32,000 nucleotides of DNA from Candidatus Electronema halotolerans (GTDB lineage Bacteria; Desulfobacterota; Desulfobulbia; Desulfobulbales; Desulfobulbaceae): positions 540,001-572,000 of the forward strand of contig OW818675.1 in the NCBI GenBank assembly GCA_942493095.1. Direction: 5' to 3'. How positions within the stretch are numbered: position 1 is the stretch's first letter; the number at the start of each line of letters is the position of its first letter. Under the pieces are notes generated by a model. The model saw only the letters and a list, made by a program, of their open reading frames with translations. It did no database searches and was not told where the DNA came from. Positions 8,877 to 18,443 of this stretch are shown one piece after another. The position numbers and the translations under genes were made by a program.

Positions 8877-11800
8877 ATGAAAAACAGCAAAATGCTCATT
8901 CTGTACATTGTCATGGCGGCTGGGCTGATTGCGCTGGTCCTGCTGGGCGGCATCTTTGTTGTTCTCAAGCATCAGGAGCATCTTGATCAGGATATCAAAA
9001 TTTACCGCTCCTCTTTGAGTCAAGAAGGAGAGTCACTGAAACAGAGCTTCAATCAACTTGTCAGCATCTCCACCCTGCTGGTTAAAAATCCGGTCATCAT
9101 CAACACGCTGGACAAGCATCTGGAGGGGCAGGAGGCCTCACGGATTGCGGCGGGCATGGTTGACAGAAGTTTGGATGCTGTTGCCGCCATTGAGAACATC
9201 GCCTCGGTCTTTTTGGTCAGCTTGGACGGCACCTGCCTGCATTCCAGCAAAAGGGACCTGGTTGGCAGGAATTACCGCCAGAGCATTTATGTCCGCAACG
9301 CCCTGCGGAGCGGACATGGTCTCTACGCCGTCATGACAGTGACCGATGGCCGGACCAAGCTCTACTATGCCCAGACGGTCAGAAACGGCAATCTGCCGCT
9401 GGGCGTGGCTGTGCTGGAAATCCGGCCTGCGTTTTTTCATCTTCACTCCTTCACCACCGCCTTCACCACTGAGCCGCCCAAGCCAGAGGAAATGCGCATG
9501 GGCCTGAGCACGGACGGCAGCATTCTTTTCAACACCACAGACGGCTCCTTGGCTTCCCTGAAGCCGCTGGCCGCTGACATTCTGCCGCCCCGGAAAGATC
9601 AGCCGCTGCCCATCCAAGTGCTTGACTTTCCCGGCTACAGCAAGGAGAATCTCTTTAATGAAGAGTTCCTGCAGCTATCGGACAGCGCAGGCCGGGAGTA
9701 TTATTTTTTCTGCGAACCGGTTGTCAACCGGAGCCTGTCCCTGATTCATCTGATCAGCAAGGACTGGTTCCGCAGCAACTATCATCCCGCCTCCTCTGAC
9801 TATTCCGGCTATATCGGCATGCTGGCCGTGATGCTGCTCATCATGCTGATCCTCCTCTACATGGTCAACCGCCGCCACCGGCAGGCCATGCAGGCTGCCG
9901 AGATTCTAAAAATCGAGGCGGAGCGGCGGATCAAGGAGAAGGAGAAATACGAGGCGATCATCAACCGCAATCCGCAGGGCTTCTGGCTGGAGGATGACAG
10001 CAGCGGCCTGATTCTCGAAGTCAACCAGAGCCTCTGCGAGCTGCTCCAGTTGGAGGCCGGGCTGATCATCGGCCATCATCCTGGTGAATTCGTTGTCCGC
10101 AGCTCCGGCGAGATCAAAAGCAAAGCCAATATTTCTCAGGAAGGCAGGCTGCGGCTACAGCACGGCGGCGCAGTTGACGTGCTGATCAACTCATCCTGCA
10201 TTGCCGCGCCCGGCAGCAGGGAAAAGCTCTGCTTCTCCTTTTTTGCCGACATTTCCGAGCGGAAACAGGAGCAGGAGCAGCTCTTCCTCTTTTCGCAGGC
10301 TGTGGAGCAGAGCACCAGCGCCATTGTCATCACGGACCGCAATGCCAAGGCCGTGTATGTCAATCCGTTCTTCACGGAAATGACCGGCTGGACCAAGGAG
10401 GACCTGCGGGACGCGGATCCTGGTCTGCTGGCTGCCGGCGAGACTGATGCCGAGATGAGCCGGGAAATCTGGCGGCAGATCAGCAGCGGCGGCACATGGC
10501 GGGGCTTCCTCAGGCGGCGGCGCAAGGATGGCCGTCTGTACTGGGAAGGACAGACTGTCTGCCCGCTTTATGATGACAAAGGAGAGATTTCCTATTATCT
10601 TGCCATTAAAAACGACATCACCCAGCGTCTGGAGCTGGAGCGGCAGTACAAGGCCCAGTTGGCCAAACTGGAGCTGATGGTTGAGCATGCGGCCATCGGC
10701 ATTGCTCATGTGGTGGAGGCTCAATTTGCCTGGATCAGCCGGGCGGCCACGGAAATGTTTGGCTATGAGGAGGAGGAGGCCCTCCTCCTGCCCATGACCG
10801 CAATTTTTGAGCATGAGAACGCCTGTCAGGAGGCGCTCCGGCAGGCGGAGGAACGCTTTGCCAAGGATCAGATTTTTCATGCTGACCTGCGCATGCGGCG
10901 CAAAGACGGCAGCCTGTTCTGGTGCTCGCTGACTGGCAAGCTCATCGACCTGAACTCGCCGGAGCAGGGGGCTGTCTGGCTGCTCAAGGACATCAGCCGC
11001 CAGAAGGAGGAGGAGCGGCAGCTGCAGTTAGCCAAGGAACGGGCGGAAGAGGCCAATCAGGCCAAGAATGATTTTCTCGCCAACATCAGCCACGAGCTGC
11101 GCACGCCGATGAATGCGATCATCCTTGGCATGAAGCGGCTGGCCTTGGATCAGGAGCTGCTCAATGAGGAGCAGCAGCAGTGCGTCATCAGGGCCCAGCA
11201 TGCGGCAGACTTCCTCTTGGGCCTGATCGACGATCTGCTCGATTTCGCCAGAATTGAGTCAGGCAGGCTACAGCTCTCCACTGCGCCGTTTGAGCTGGAG
11301 GCGGCAGTGCGCAGGGCAGTGCAGTCGGTCCGCTATCCGGCAGAGGAAAAGGGCCTGAGCCTGGCGTGGGAGATCGCTCCTGAGATTCCGCGCTTTGTGG
11401 TCGGAGATGCGTTGCGTTTGCGGCAAATTCTTGTTAATCTGCTCAAGAACAGCATAAAATTCAGCGAACAAGGCGAAATTTTCGTCCGGGCCGCTGTGGA
11501 GAAGCGGCAGGAGGATGAGCTGCGCCTGCTTTTCCAAGTCTTTGATCAGGGCATTGGCATTCCCTCGGACATGCTCCATGATATATTTGAAAAGTTTGTC
11601 CAAGTTGACAGCAGCGTTCGCAGAGTGCAGGAGGGTGTCGGTCTGGGTCTGACGATCTGTAGTCAGCTCTGCACCTTGATGGGCGGCAGGATTGGCGCGG
11701 AAAGCGAGCCTGGCCAAGGCAGCGTCTTCACCTTCACCGCAAGGTTCGGCCTGACTGAGGAGGAGCTTGAGCCGTCCGAACCGCCGCAGCCCATGCGCAT

Positions 11801-12656
11801 TTTGGTGGTGGATGACAATGAGGCCAACCGCTTTCTCGCCAAAGCCATGCTGCGGCGGGACGGCCATGAAATCATGGAGGCGGCCAACGGCGAGGAGGCC
11901 CTGCGGCAGCTCCTGAAACAGGACTTTGATGCCGTGCTCATGGACGTGCAGATGCCGGTCATGGACGGACTGGCTGTGACGCAGGTCATCCGGGCCTGCG
12001 AGGAGGAGAACTGCTGTCTGAACACCATGAACATGCCCAGCGACTTCTGCGAGGCACTGCGCAGCCAGCTCAAGGGCGGGCATCTGCCGATTGTTGCGTT
12101 GACAGCGAACAATTTCAAAGTGGATGAGCAGCGCTGTCTTGCCTGCGGCATGGATGCCTATGCTGCCAAGCCATTCAGCACCAAGGAAATTTATCAGGCA
12201 TTCAGGAAATGCTGCCTGCAGGGACGGCAGCGGCTGCCAATGGCGGCGGACTGCGCCTGCATGGCGCAACAAGCACAGGCCGGGGAGGCTGACATGACGG
12301 GCATGGAGGAGAAGAAAAACGACGGATTGGTGGTGGCGGTTGCCGAACATCTGAAAAACATATACAGTCTGGAGCCGGACCAGGTGGAGCAGATGGTGCG
12401 GATTTCAGCCAGCTCGATCAGCGAGACCTTAGCTCAGGCCAAAGAGGAGCTGGCTGCCGATGATCTGCGCGCATTGTCAGGCTCCGGCCATAAGGCCAAA
12501 GGGGTGCTGCTCGGCATCGGCCTCAAGGAGGAGGCCGAGCTGGCCCGGCAGCTTGAGCTGAAAGGCAAGGCCGGAGAAGCGGCAGACTATGCCGGGCTGC
12601 TGGCCCGTCTGGAGGAGGCTCTGCAGCCGCTGCTGATGCTGAACAGTGCCGCCTGA
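8877..12656 (+). CDS. Membrane hybrid sensor histidine kinase: TM, extracytoplasmic sensor, TM, three PAS, HisKA, HATPase_c, REC, HPt
   Basis: N-terminal TM segment, Cache-like ectodomain, second TM 'GYIGMLAVMLLIMLILLYMV'; 'FLANISHELRTPMNAII', 'NLLKNSIKFSEQG', 'GVGLGLTICSQLCTLMGG', 'DAVLMDVQMPVMDG', HPt 'SGHKAKGVLLGIG'. Confidence 0.93.
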   Translation: MKNSKMLILYIVMAAGLIALVLLGGIFVVLKHQEHLDQDIKIYRSSLSQEGESLKQSFNQLVSISTLLVKNPVIINTLDKHLEGQEASRIAAGMVDRSLDAVAAIENIASVFLVSLDGTCLHSSKRDLVGRNYRQSIYVRNALRSGHGLYAVMTVTDGRTKLYYAQTVRNGNLPLGVAVLEIRPAFFHLHSFTTAFTTEPPKPEEMRMGLSTDGSILFNTTDGSLASLKPLAADILPPRKDQPLPIQVLDFPGYSKENLFNEEFLQLSDSAGREYYFFCEPVVNRSLSLIHLISKDWFRSNYHPASSDYSGYIGMLAVMLLIMLILLYMVNRRHRQAMQAAEILKIEAERRIKEKEKYEAIINRNPQGFWLEDDSSGLILEVNQSLCELLQLEAGLIIGHHPGEFVVRSSGEIKSKANISQEGRLRLQHGGAVDVLINSSCIAAPGSREKLCFSFFADISERKQEQEQLFLFSQAVEQSTSAIVITDRNAKAVYVNPFFTEMTGWTKEDLRDADPGLLAAGETDAEMSREIWRQISSGGTWRGFLRRRRKDGRLYWEGQTVCPLYDDKGEISYYLAIKNDITQRLELERQYKAQLAKLELMVEHAAIGIAHVVEAQFAWISRAATEMFGYEEEEALLLPMTAIFEHENACQEALRQAEERFAKDQIFHADLRMRRKDGSLFWCSLTGKLIDLNSPEQGAVWLLKDISRQKEEERQLQLAKERAEEANQAKNDFLANISHELRTPMNAIILGMKRLALDQELLNEEQQQCVIRAQHAADFLLGLIDDLLDFARIESGRLQLSTAPFELEAAVRRAVQSVRYPAEEKGLSLAWEIAPEIPRFVVGDALRLRQILVNLLKNSIKFSEQGEIFVRAAVEKRQEDELRLLFQVFDQGIGIPSDMLHDIFEKFVQVDSSVRRVQEGVGLGLTICSQLCTLMGGRIGAESEPGQGSVFTFTARFGLTEEELEPSEPPQPMRILVVDDNEANRFLAKAMLRRDGHEIMEAANGEEALRQLLKQDFDAVLMDVQMPVMDGLAVTQVIRACEEENCCLNTMNMPSDFCEALRSQLKGGHLPIVALTANNFKVDEQRCLACGMDAYAAKPFSTKEIYQAFRKCCLQGRQRLPMAADCACMAQQAQAGEADMTGMEEKKNDGLVVAVAEHLKNIYSLEPDQVEQMVRISASSISETLAQAKEELAADDLRALSGSGHKAKGVLLGIGLKEEAELARQLELKGKAGEAADYAGLLARLEEALQPLLMLNSAA

Positions 12657-12666
12657 GACAGATGTC

Positions 12667-13815
12667 ATGAGAGTCATCTTCTGCGAGGAATGCGGAGGTC
12701 GGAACAATGTCCGGGAAGAGCTGCTGGAGCGGATTGACAGTCAGCCGATCATCTGTCAGTTCTGCGGCAATGTCATGTCCAAGGAGACTGTCATTCAGCA
12801 CAGGTGCTCTGTCAAGACGATCAACACCCTGCATTATCATCTGCTGTTCATTGATGATGATGTCTTTCATCTCCAGCTCATGAAAAAGACGCTGGAAAAG
12901 GAATTCACGGTTTCCATCGCCTCGACCGGCATCCACGGCCTTGACTTGGCAGCGGCCAGGCAGCCGGACCTGATTCTGCTTGATCTCAACATGCCGGGCA
13001 TGGACGGGTATGAGGTCTGCCGCCGCCTGAAGGAGAATCCGAAAACGCGGCGGATCGCGGTCATCTTTGTCAGCGCCCGCGACCGGGAGGACGATGAGTG
13101 CCAGGGCTTCAGCTTAGGCGCGGTTGACTACATCAGCAAGCCGATCAACCTCCAGATTCTCAATGCCAGGATCATGGTCCAGCTCAGGATCAAACAGCTT
13201 CTTGAGCAGCAGCGGCTTCATTCTGACAGCCTGATCCAGTCGCTGCACCAGAACACCATGGCCACGGAAACGGAACTGGATCAGCTCCGCCGGGAGAACA
13301 GCAGGCTGCTGGCCATGTTGGACAGTGTGCAGGAAAAGATTTTCGTTGAAAACAGGGAGGGCCAAGTTTCCTGGGCCAACCGGCAGGCAGTCGAGTTTTT
13401 CGGTCTGTCCCTGACTGCCCTGCTGGGCCGCACCAGCAAGGAAGTTCTCAGCAGCGGCGGCGCCTCCTGTGACGAATGCCTGCCTGCCGCAAACGGCTGC
13501 CAGGCCAAGTTTCTCCATCTGCCGCTTTTTAATGAGGACGGGGAGGCGGAAGGCTGCGCCCATATCCTCCAGGAGAATCCGGCCCAGCTCTGCCAGGCCG
13601 CAGAGTTGGCGATCAACAGCTTTATTGACCGGAACCGGGAGGCGATCCGGGAAAATTTGGCAACCATTCTCTTTGGCATTGATGCGGTCAGCAGCATACT
13701 CAGGGACAACAAGGAATTTGAAACAGTCAGCCGGCCAGTGGTCAAGGCGGCGGAGCGGCTGGATCAGATGGTCGGCACACTGCTTGACTTTCAGCGGCCT
13801 GACAGGGAAAGCTGA
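12667..13815 (+). CDS. Zinc-ribbon, response-receiver, PAS protein with a DHp-like C-terminus and no ATPase domain
   Basis: N-terminal 'CEECGGRNNV...CQFCGNVMSKETVIQHRC'; REC 'HYHLLFIDDDVFHLQLMKKTLE' and 'DLILLDLNMPGMDGYEVCRRLKE'; PAS-like 'MLDSVQEKIFVENREGQVSWANRQAVEFFGLS'; C-terminal helix pair. Start at MRVIFCEEC, 10 nt after the kinase stop. Confidence 0.85.
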   Translation: MRVIFCEECGGRNNVREELLERIDSQPIICQFCGNVMSKETVIQHRCSVKTINTLHYHLLFIDDDVFHLQLMKKTLEKEFTVSIASTGIHGLDLAAARQPDLILLDLNMPGMDGYEVCRRLKENPKTRRIAVIFVSARDREDDECQGFSLGAVDYISKPINLQILNARIMVQLRIKQLLEQQRLHSDSLIQSLHQNTMATETELDQLRRENSRLLAMLDSVQEKIFVENREGQVSWANRQAVEFFGLSLTALLGRTSKEVLSSGGASCDECLPAANGCQAKFLHLPLFNEDGEAEGCAHILQENPAQLCQAAELAINSFIDRNREAIRENLATILFGIDAVSSILRDNKEFETVSRPVVKAAERLDQMVGTLLDFQRPDRES

Positions 13816-13847
13816 ATGTTTAATGAACTTCTTCAGCAGCATGGAAC

Positions 13848-14540
13848 ATGAAAAACGTGCTTATAGTTGACGATGATCTGGGGTTTCAGCGGCTGCTGGG
13901 CATCAGTTTGAAAAAATACAAGCAGGATTTCGACATCATACTCTCCAACAACGGCGAGGAGGCCATTGGCGTGCTCAACCGCAAGCCAGTGGATCTGATC
14001 ATCACCGACCTGCAGATGCCGAAAATTGACGGCCTCACCCTGCTGGCGTACATCAATGATGCCTTTCCCAAAATGCCCTGCGTGATCATGACCGCCCATT
14101 CCACGCCGGACATTGAGAAGCAATTTGCCCAAACCGGACAGCTCCTTCTGAAAAAGCCCTTCACAATCAACAAGCTGGTTGAGGCGATTCACACGGCCCT
14201 GAAGCCGCGTTCAGCTGCTGACGGCATGTTGAAAGGCATATCCGTGGCCAATTTCCTCCAGATGATCGCCTTGGAGCAGAAGACCTGCCTGCTGGAGATC
14301 ACGGCTTCGGGCGGAGACAAGGGCTTCTTTTACATTGAAAACGGTGATGTCTTTGATGCCGCCTTTCGTGGCCTGACCGGTGAGGAGGCAGCCTACGCCC
14401 TGATCGGCACGGACGGGGCCAGCATCCGCTTCACCAACATTCCGGCTAGCAAAAAGGTGAAGCAGCGCATTCAAGCAAGCCTGATGGCCTTGATCATGGA
14501 GGCCATGACCCGGAAAGATGAAACCATTGGCAGCCCCTGA
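13848..14540 (+). CDS. Response regulator with C-terminal PATAN/DUF4388-like domain
   Basis: REC 'MKNVLIVDDDLGFQRLLG', 'VDLIITDLQMPKIDGL'; C-terminal 'GISVANFLQMIALEQKTCLLEITASGGDKGFFYIENGDVFDAAFRGLTGEEAAYALI'. Confidence 0.87.
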   Translation: MKNVLIVDDDLGFQRLLGISLKKYKQDFDIILSNNGEEAIGVLNRKPVDLIITDLQMPKIDGLTLLAYINDAFPKMPCVIMTAHSTPDIEKQFAQTGQLLLKKPFTINKLVEAIHTALKPRSAADGMLKGISVANFLQMIALEQKTCLLEITASGGDKGFFYIENGDVFDAAFRGLTGEEAAYALIGTDGASIRFTNIPASKKVKQRIQASLMALIMEAMTRKDETIGSP

Positions 14541-16281
14541 GCCGGACAGGCCGCCTGAGCAGAGCAGCGATGCCCCGCATATCCTGATTGTTGATGACCG
14601 GCGCAGCGATCTCCTCCTGCTGGAGGCCATTCTCAGAGGGCACAGGTTCCGCTCTGTCGCTCTTGCCGACCCCACCAAGGTCGTGCAGCACTGCAAGGCT
14701 GCGCCGCCCGAAATCATTCTCTTAGATATCAGCATGCCCAAGCTGGACGGCTTTCAAGTCTGTGCCCAGCTCAAAAGCGATCCCCGGCTGGCTGAGATTC
14801 CCGTGCTCTTTCTCACTGCCATGAGCGAGGTGGCCAGCCGGATCAGGGGCTTCAAGGTCGGCGGGGCGGATTTTCTGACCAAGCCTTACGAGCCTTCCGA
14901 GCTGATTGCCAGAGTCTCGACCCACATCAAGCTGCGCCGGACCCAGTTGGAGCTGGCCCGTCGCAACCAGCAGCTCACAGAACAAATCAATGCCCTTGAG
15001 CGCGCTCATGCGGCCCTGCTGGCCAGCGAGGCCCGCAACGAGGCCGTGCTCAACAATGCGGGCGTGTGCCTTGGCCTGATGAACATCGATTGCGGCTATG
15101 AGCAGGTCAATGAGATGTATGCCCAGATTTTCGGCTATTCTCAGGAGGAATTCCGGCAGATGCGGCTCTGGGACATGCTGCATCCCGACTTTGTCGCTTC
15201 GGCGCAGGAGACGGTGAACCGGCTGCGCAGCGGCAGGCTGGAGCAGCATTATGCGGTCAAGCAGTTTGTCCGCAGAGACGGGTCGCAATTTCCCGGCGGC
15301 CACTGGCTCAGTCCGCAGCGGGACAGTGACGGCTTATGCAAGGGCTTTGTCTGTGTGATCAGCGACCTGACCGAGCAGCAGAAGGCGGAGGACAGGCTGC
15401 GGCTGGCGCACACGGTCTTTGAAACCAGCTCGGAAGGCATGCTGATCACAGACGCGGCCAACCGCATCATCATGGTCAATCCCGCCTTTTCCGTGATCAC
15501 CGGCTATCAGCCGGAAGAGGTTTTGGGCAAGGATCCCTCGTTCCAGAATTCTGGGCGGCATGGCAAGGAATTTTATCAGCAGATGTGGGTCGCTCTGCTG
15601 CGGCGCGACCGCTGGCAGGGTGAGGTTTGGAACCAGCGGCGCAATGGCGAGGTCTATCCGCAATGGCTGTCCATCTCGGTCATCCGCAGTCAGGATGGCG
15701 GGATTGTCAACTATGTGGCCCTGTTTTCCGACATCAGCGAACGGAAAAAGGCTGAGGAGCGGCTGCGCTATCAAGCCATGCACGATCCGCTGACCAAGCT
15801 GCCCAACCGGATCATGTTTGATGAGCGGCTGCGGGCCGCCCTTGCCCGCGCCCGGCGGCAGAAAAGCCGGGTGGCCCTGCTCTATCTGGATTTGGACAAT
15901 TTCAAAATGATCAACGACAGCTTTGGTCATTTGGCCGGAGACCGCTTTCTCCAGCATGTCGCCGAGCAGATGCTCGCCTGCCTGCGTCTTGAAGACACGG
16001 CAGCCCGGCTGGGCGGTGATGAATTCTGCGCCGTTATTGAAGACATTCATTCAAATCAGGAGGCAGTGGCTGTGGCGGAACGGATTATTCAGGCGCTTGG
16101 CTCGCTCAACTGCGCTCCTGACGACCAGAAACACCTGCGCACCAGCATCGGGATTGCCATTTACCCTGATCACGGGCAGGACGCGGAAGGCCTGCTCCGC
16201 TGCGCTGACAATGCCATGTATGCTGCCAAACGGCTCGGCAAGGGCCGCTGCCAGTTAGCCGGAAACTTCACCCGCTCTTGA
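14518..16281 (+). CDS. Response regulator/diguanylate cyclase: REC, PAS, PAS, GGDEF
   Basis: REC 'EIILLDISMPKLDGFQVCAQLK'; two PAS modules; intact active site 'ARLGGDEFCAVIED' with an RLED I-site positioned five residues upstream. No EAL domain follows. Overlaps the preceding gene by 23 nt. Confidence 0.93.
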   Translation: MKPLAAPEPDRPPEQSSDAPHILIVDDRRSDLLLLEAILRGHRFRSVALADPTKVVQHCKAAPPEIILLDISMPKLDGFQVCAQLKSDPRLAEIPVLFLTAMSEVASRIRGFKVGGADFLTKPYEPSELIARVSTHIKLRRTQLELARRNQQLTEQINALERAHAALLASEARNEAVLNNAGVCLGLMNIDCGYEQVNEMYAQIFGYSQEEFRQMRLWDMLHPDFVASAQETVNRLRSGRLEQHYAVKQFVRRDGSQFPGGHWLSPQRDSDGLCKGFVCVISDLTEQQKAEDRLRLAHTVFETSSEGMLITDAANRIIMVNPAFSVITGYQPEEVLGKDPSFQNSGRHGKEFYQQMWVALLRRDRWQGEVWNQRRNGEVYPQWLSISVIRSQDGGIVNYVALFSDISERKKAEERLRYQAMHDPLTKLPNRIMFDERLRAALARARRQKSRVALLYLDLDNFKMINDSFGHLAGDRFLQHVAEQMLACLRLEDTAARLGGDEFCAVIEDIHSNQEAVAVAERIIQALGSLNCAPDDQKHLRTSIGIAIYPDHGQDAEGLLRCADNAMYAAKRLGKGRCQLAGNFTRS

Positions 16282-16328
16282 GCGGCAGCCGCAGGCCGAC
16301 CTGCAAAAAACAACTTCATCAGTCAGAT

Positions 16329-17270
16329 ATGACCGCACCTCTCCACATCGTCTTCATGGGCACCCCGCTCTTTGCCCAGCCCAGCCTGCAAGCTCTGCTC
16401 AATGGCCCGGATCACGTAGTTGCTGTAGTCTGCCGGGCGGACGCGCCCCAAGGCCGGGGCCGGAAATGCTGCCCGCCGCCGGTCAAAACACTGGCCGAAG
16501 AGACCGGGATTCCCGTGCTGCAGCCGGAATCAATCCGCACTGAGGAATTTCTTGAGCAAATCCGAGCTTTCCATCCTGATTTGATTGTGGTCATTGCTTA
16601 TGGTAAGATTCTGCCGGGCAGTTTGCTCCATCTGCCGCGTCTTGGCACGATCAACGTGCATGGCTCACTTTTGCCCAAGTACCGGGGAGCCGCTCCCATT
16701 CAGCGCGCCCTGATCAACGGCGAGAAAGAAACTGGCGTGACCATCATGCAGATGGACGAAGGCGTTGACACCGGCGACATCCTCCTGCCAGCCCGTCTGC
16801 CGATCAGCAAAGACGACACCAGCGGCAGCCTTGCCGACAAGCTGGCCCGGCTCGGCAGTGAAACTCTGCTTGAGGCCATTGCCCGGCTCAAGGAAGGCCG
16901 TCTGCAAGCGGTCAAGCAGGATGAGGCGCAGGCCACTTATGCGCCCCTGTTGGACAAAGAGGAAGGACATCTTGACTGGACCAAGCCTGCCGCAAAACTG
17001 CACTGCCTGATCCGGGGGCTTGACCCGTGGCCTTCGGCTTATGGTTTCATTGACAACCGCCGCTTCCGTTTTTTCCAGCCCAAGGTGATGCCGGGTGAGG
17101 TCAAAGAAGCGCCAGGCACCCTCTGCCGGGCCGACCGCTTTGGCGTGCTGGTGGCCACAGGCAAGGATTATCTGCTGATCCGGGAAATCCAGCCGGAAGG
17201 CAAGAAGCGGATGTGCGTCCAAGCCTGCATCTGCGGCATGAAGCTGCCTGTTGGCGGCCAGTTCTCTTGA
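16329..17270 (+). CDS. fmt: Methionyl-tRNA formyltransferase
   Basis: 'MTAPLHIVFMGTPLFAQPSLQALL', 'NVHGSLLPKYRGAAPIQRALINGEKETGVTIMQMDEGVDTGDIL', 'LIRGLDPWPSAY'. Confidence 0.96.
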   Translation: MTAPLHIVFMGTPLFAQPSLQALLNGPDHVVAVVCRADAPQGRGRKCCPPPVKTLAEETGIPVLQPESIRTEEFLEQIRAFHPDLIVVIAYGKILPGSLLHLPRLGTINVHGSLLPKYRGAAPIQRALINGEKETGVTIMQMDEGVDTGDILLPARLPISKDDTSGSLADKLARLGSETLLEAIARLKEGRLQAVKQDEAQATYAPLLDKEEGHLDWTKPAAKLHCLIRGLDPWPSAYGFIDNRRFRFFQPKVMPGEVKEAPGTLCRADRFGVLVATGKDYLLIREIQPEGKKRMCVQACICGMKLPVGGQFS

Positions 17271-17273
17271 ATT

Positions 17274-18443
17274 ATGAAAAATATATGCTACATAGACTGC
17301 TTTTCCGGGATCAGCGGCAACATGCTGCTTGGTGCCCTGCTGGCCGCAGGGCTGCCTGAACTTGTCCTGCGCAGCGAATTGGACAAGCTCAGGCTGACTG
17401 GCTGGCGGCTGGAAATACAGTCAATTGTCAAGAACGGGCTGCGGGCGGTGATGGTCAGGGTGCGGGTTGATGAGGCAAAGCGTCCGCGCCATCTGGGCGA
17501 CATTCGGACATTGCTGGAGGAGTCAGAGTTGGACGGAGCTGTCATCCGCCGCGCTTTGGCGGTCTTCCAGCGGCTGGCTGAGGCTGAGGCCCGCGTGCAT
17601 GGTGTGATCACTGAGGAAGTGCATTTTCACGAAGTCGGGGCAGTGGATGCCCTGATCGACATAGTCGGGGTGATTTTTGGCTTTGCTCATCTCGGCATCA
17701 GCGAGGTCTTGTGCTCGCCCCTGCCCCTGCCGCGTGGCTGGGTGCGCTGCCAGCACGGCGAGCTGCCCCTGCCTGCTCCTGCGGTCTGCGAACTGCTCAA
17801 AGGGGTGCCGGTCTATGGCGAGAACATTGCCCAGGAATTGGTCACACCCACTGGCGCGGCCTTGGCCGTGGAACTGAGCCGCTCCTTTGGCCCGCTGCCA
17901 GCCATGCGCATTCAGCAGACTGGTTACGGGGCAGGCACCAGAGAACGCCGGGACCGGCGGCCCAACCTCATCCGGCTGCTGATCGGGCGCAGGCAGACCG
18001 TCGAGGAGGCGCAGCAGGTGGAGGTGATCGAAACCCAGCTTGATGACTGGAACCCGGAGGCGTGGCCATATCTTGCCGAAAAACTGCTGGCAGCGGGCGC
18101 GCTTGATCTCAGCTTGGCCCCGATCCAGATGAAAAAGGGGCGGCCTGGCTTTCTCCTCCAGTTAGTTGCTGACCCGGCTCATGCCACCGGGCTGAAGGAA
18201 ATAATCCTGCGCGAGACCAGCGCGATTGGTCTTCGTTTTCACCAGGAGCAGCGGCTGACCCTACCGCGCAGCACAGTGGAATTAGTCACGCCGTGGGGGG
18301 CGGTGCGGGGCAAAAAAGTTGAGCTGCCTGACGGCGGCAGCCGGATCAAGCCGGAATATGAGGACTGCATCTGGCTGGCCAAAGAGCAGGAAATTCCTTT
18401 AGACCAAATTTATGCGGCAGCCAAAGAGGATAACAATGGATAA
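17274..18443 (+). CDS. larC: Nickel-pincer cofactor biosynthesis protein LarC (DUF111 family)
   Basis: 'YIDCFSGISGNMLLGALLAAG', 'HFHEVGAVDALIDIVG', 'LPLPRGWVRCQHGELPLPAPAVCELLKGVPVYG', 'ELVTPTGAALA', 'VEVIETQLDDWNPE'. Single intact frame. Confidence 0.93.
   Translation: MKNICYIDCFSGISGNMLLGALLAAGLPELVLRSELDKLRLTGWRLEIQSIVKNGLRAVMVRVRVDEAKRPRHLGDIRTLLEESELDGAVIRRALAVFQRLAEAEARVHGVITEEVHFHEVGAVDALIDIVGVIFGFAHLGISEVLCSPLPLPRGWVRCQHGELPLPAPAVCELLKGVPVYGENIAQELVTPTGAALAVELSRSFGPLPAMRIQQTGYGAGTRERRDRRPNLIRLLIGRRQTVEEAQQVEVIETQLDDWNPEAWPYLAEKLLAAGALDLSLAPIQMKKGRPGFLLQLVADPAHATGLKEIILRETSAIGLRFHQEQRLTLPRSTVELVTPWGAVRGKKVELPDGGSRIKPEYEDCIWLAKEQEIPLDQIYAAAKEDNNG

Noticed and set aside
14722-16050. Antisense ORFs (193 aa and 238 aa) opposite the REC-PAS-PAS-GGDEF gene
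   Set aside because: The + strand frame carries REC, PAS and GGDEF motifs across the whole interval.
17274-18443. Possible larC frameshift as known in some lactobacilli
   Set aside because: Here the gene is one uninterrupted frame from MKNICYIDCFSG to the end.
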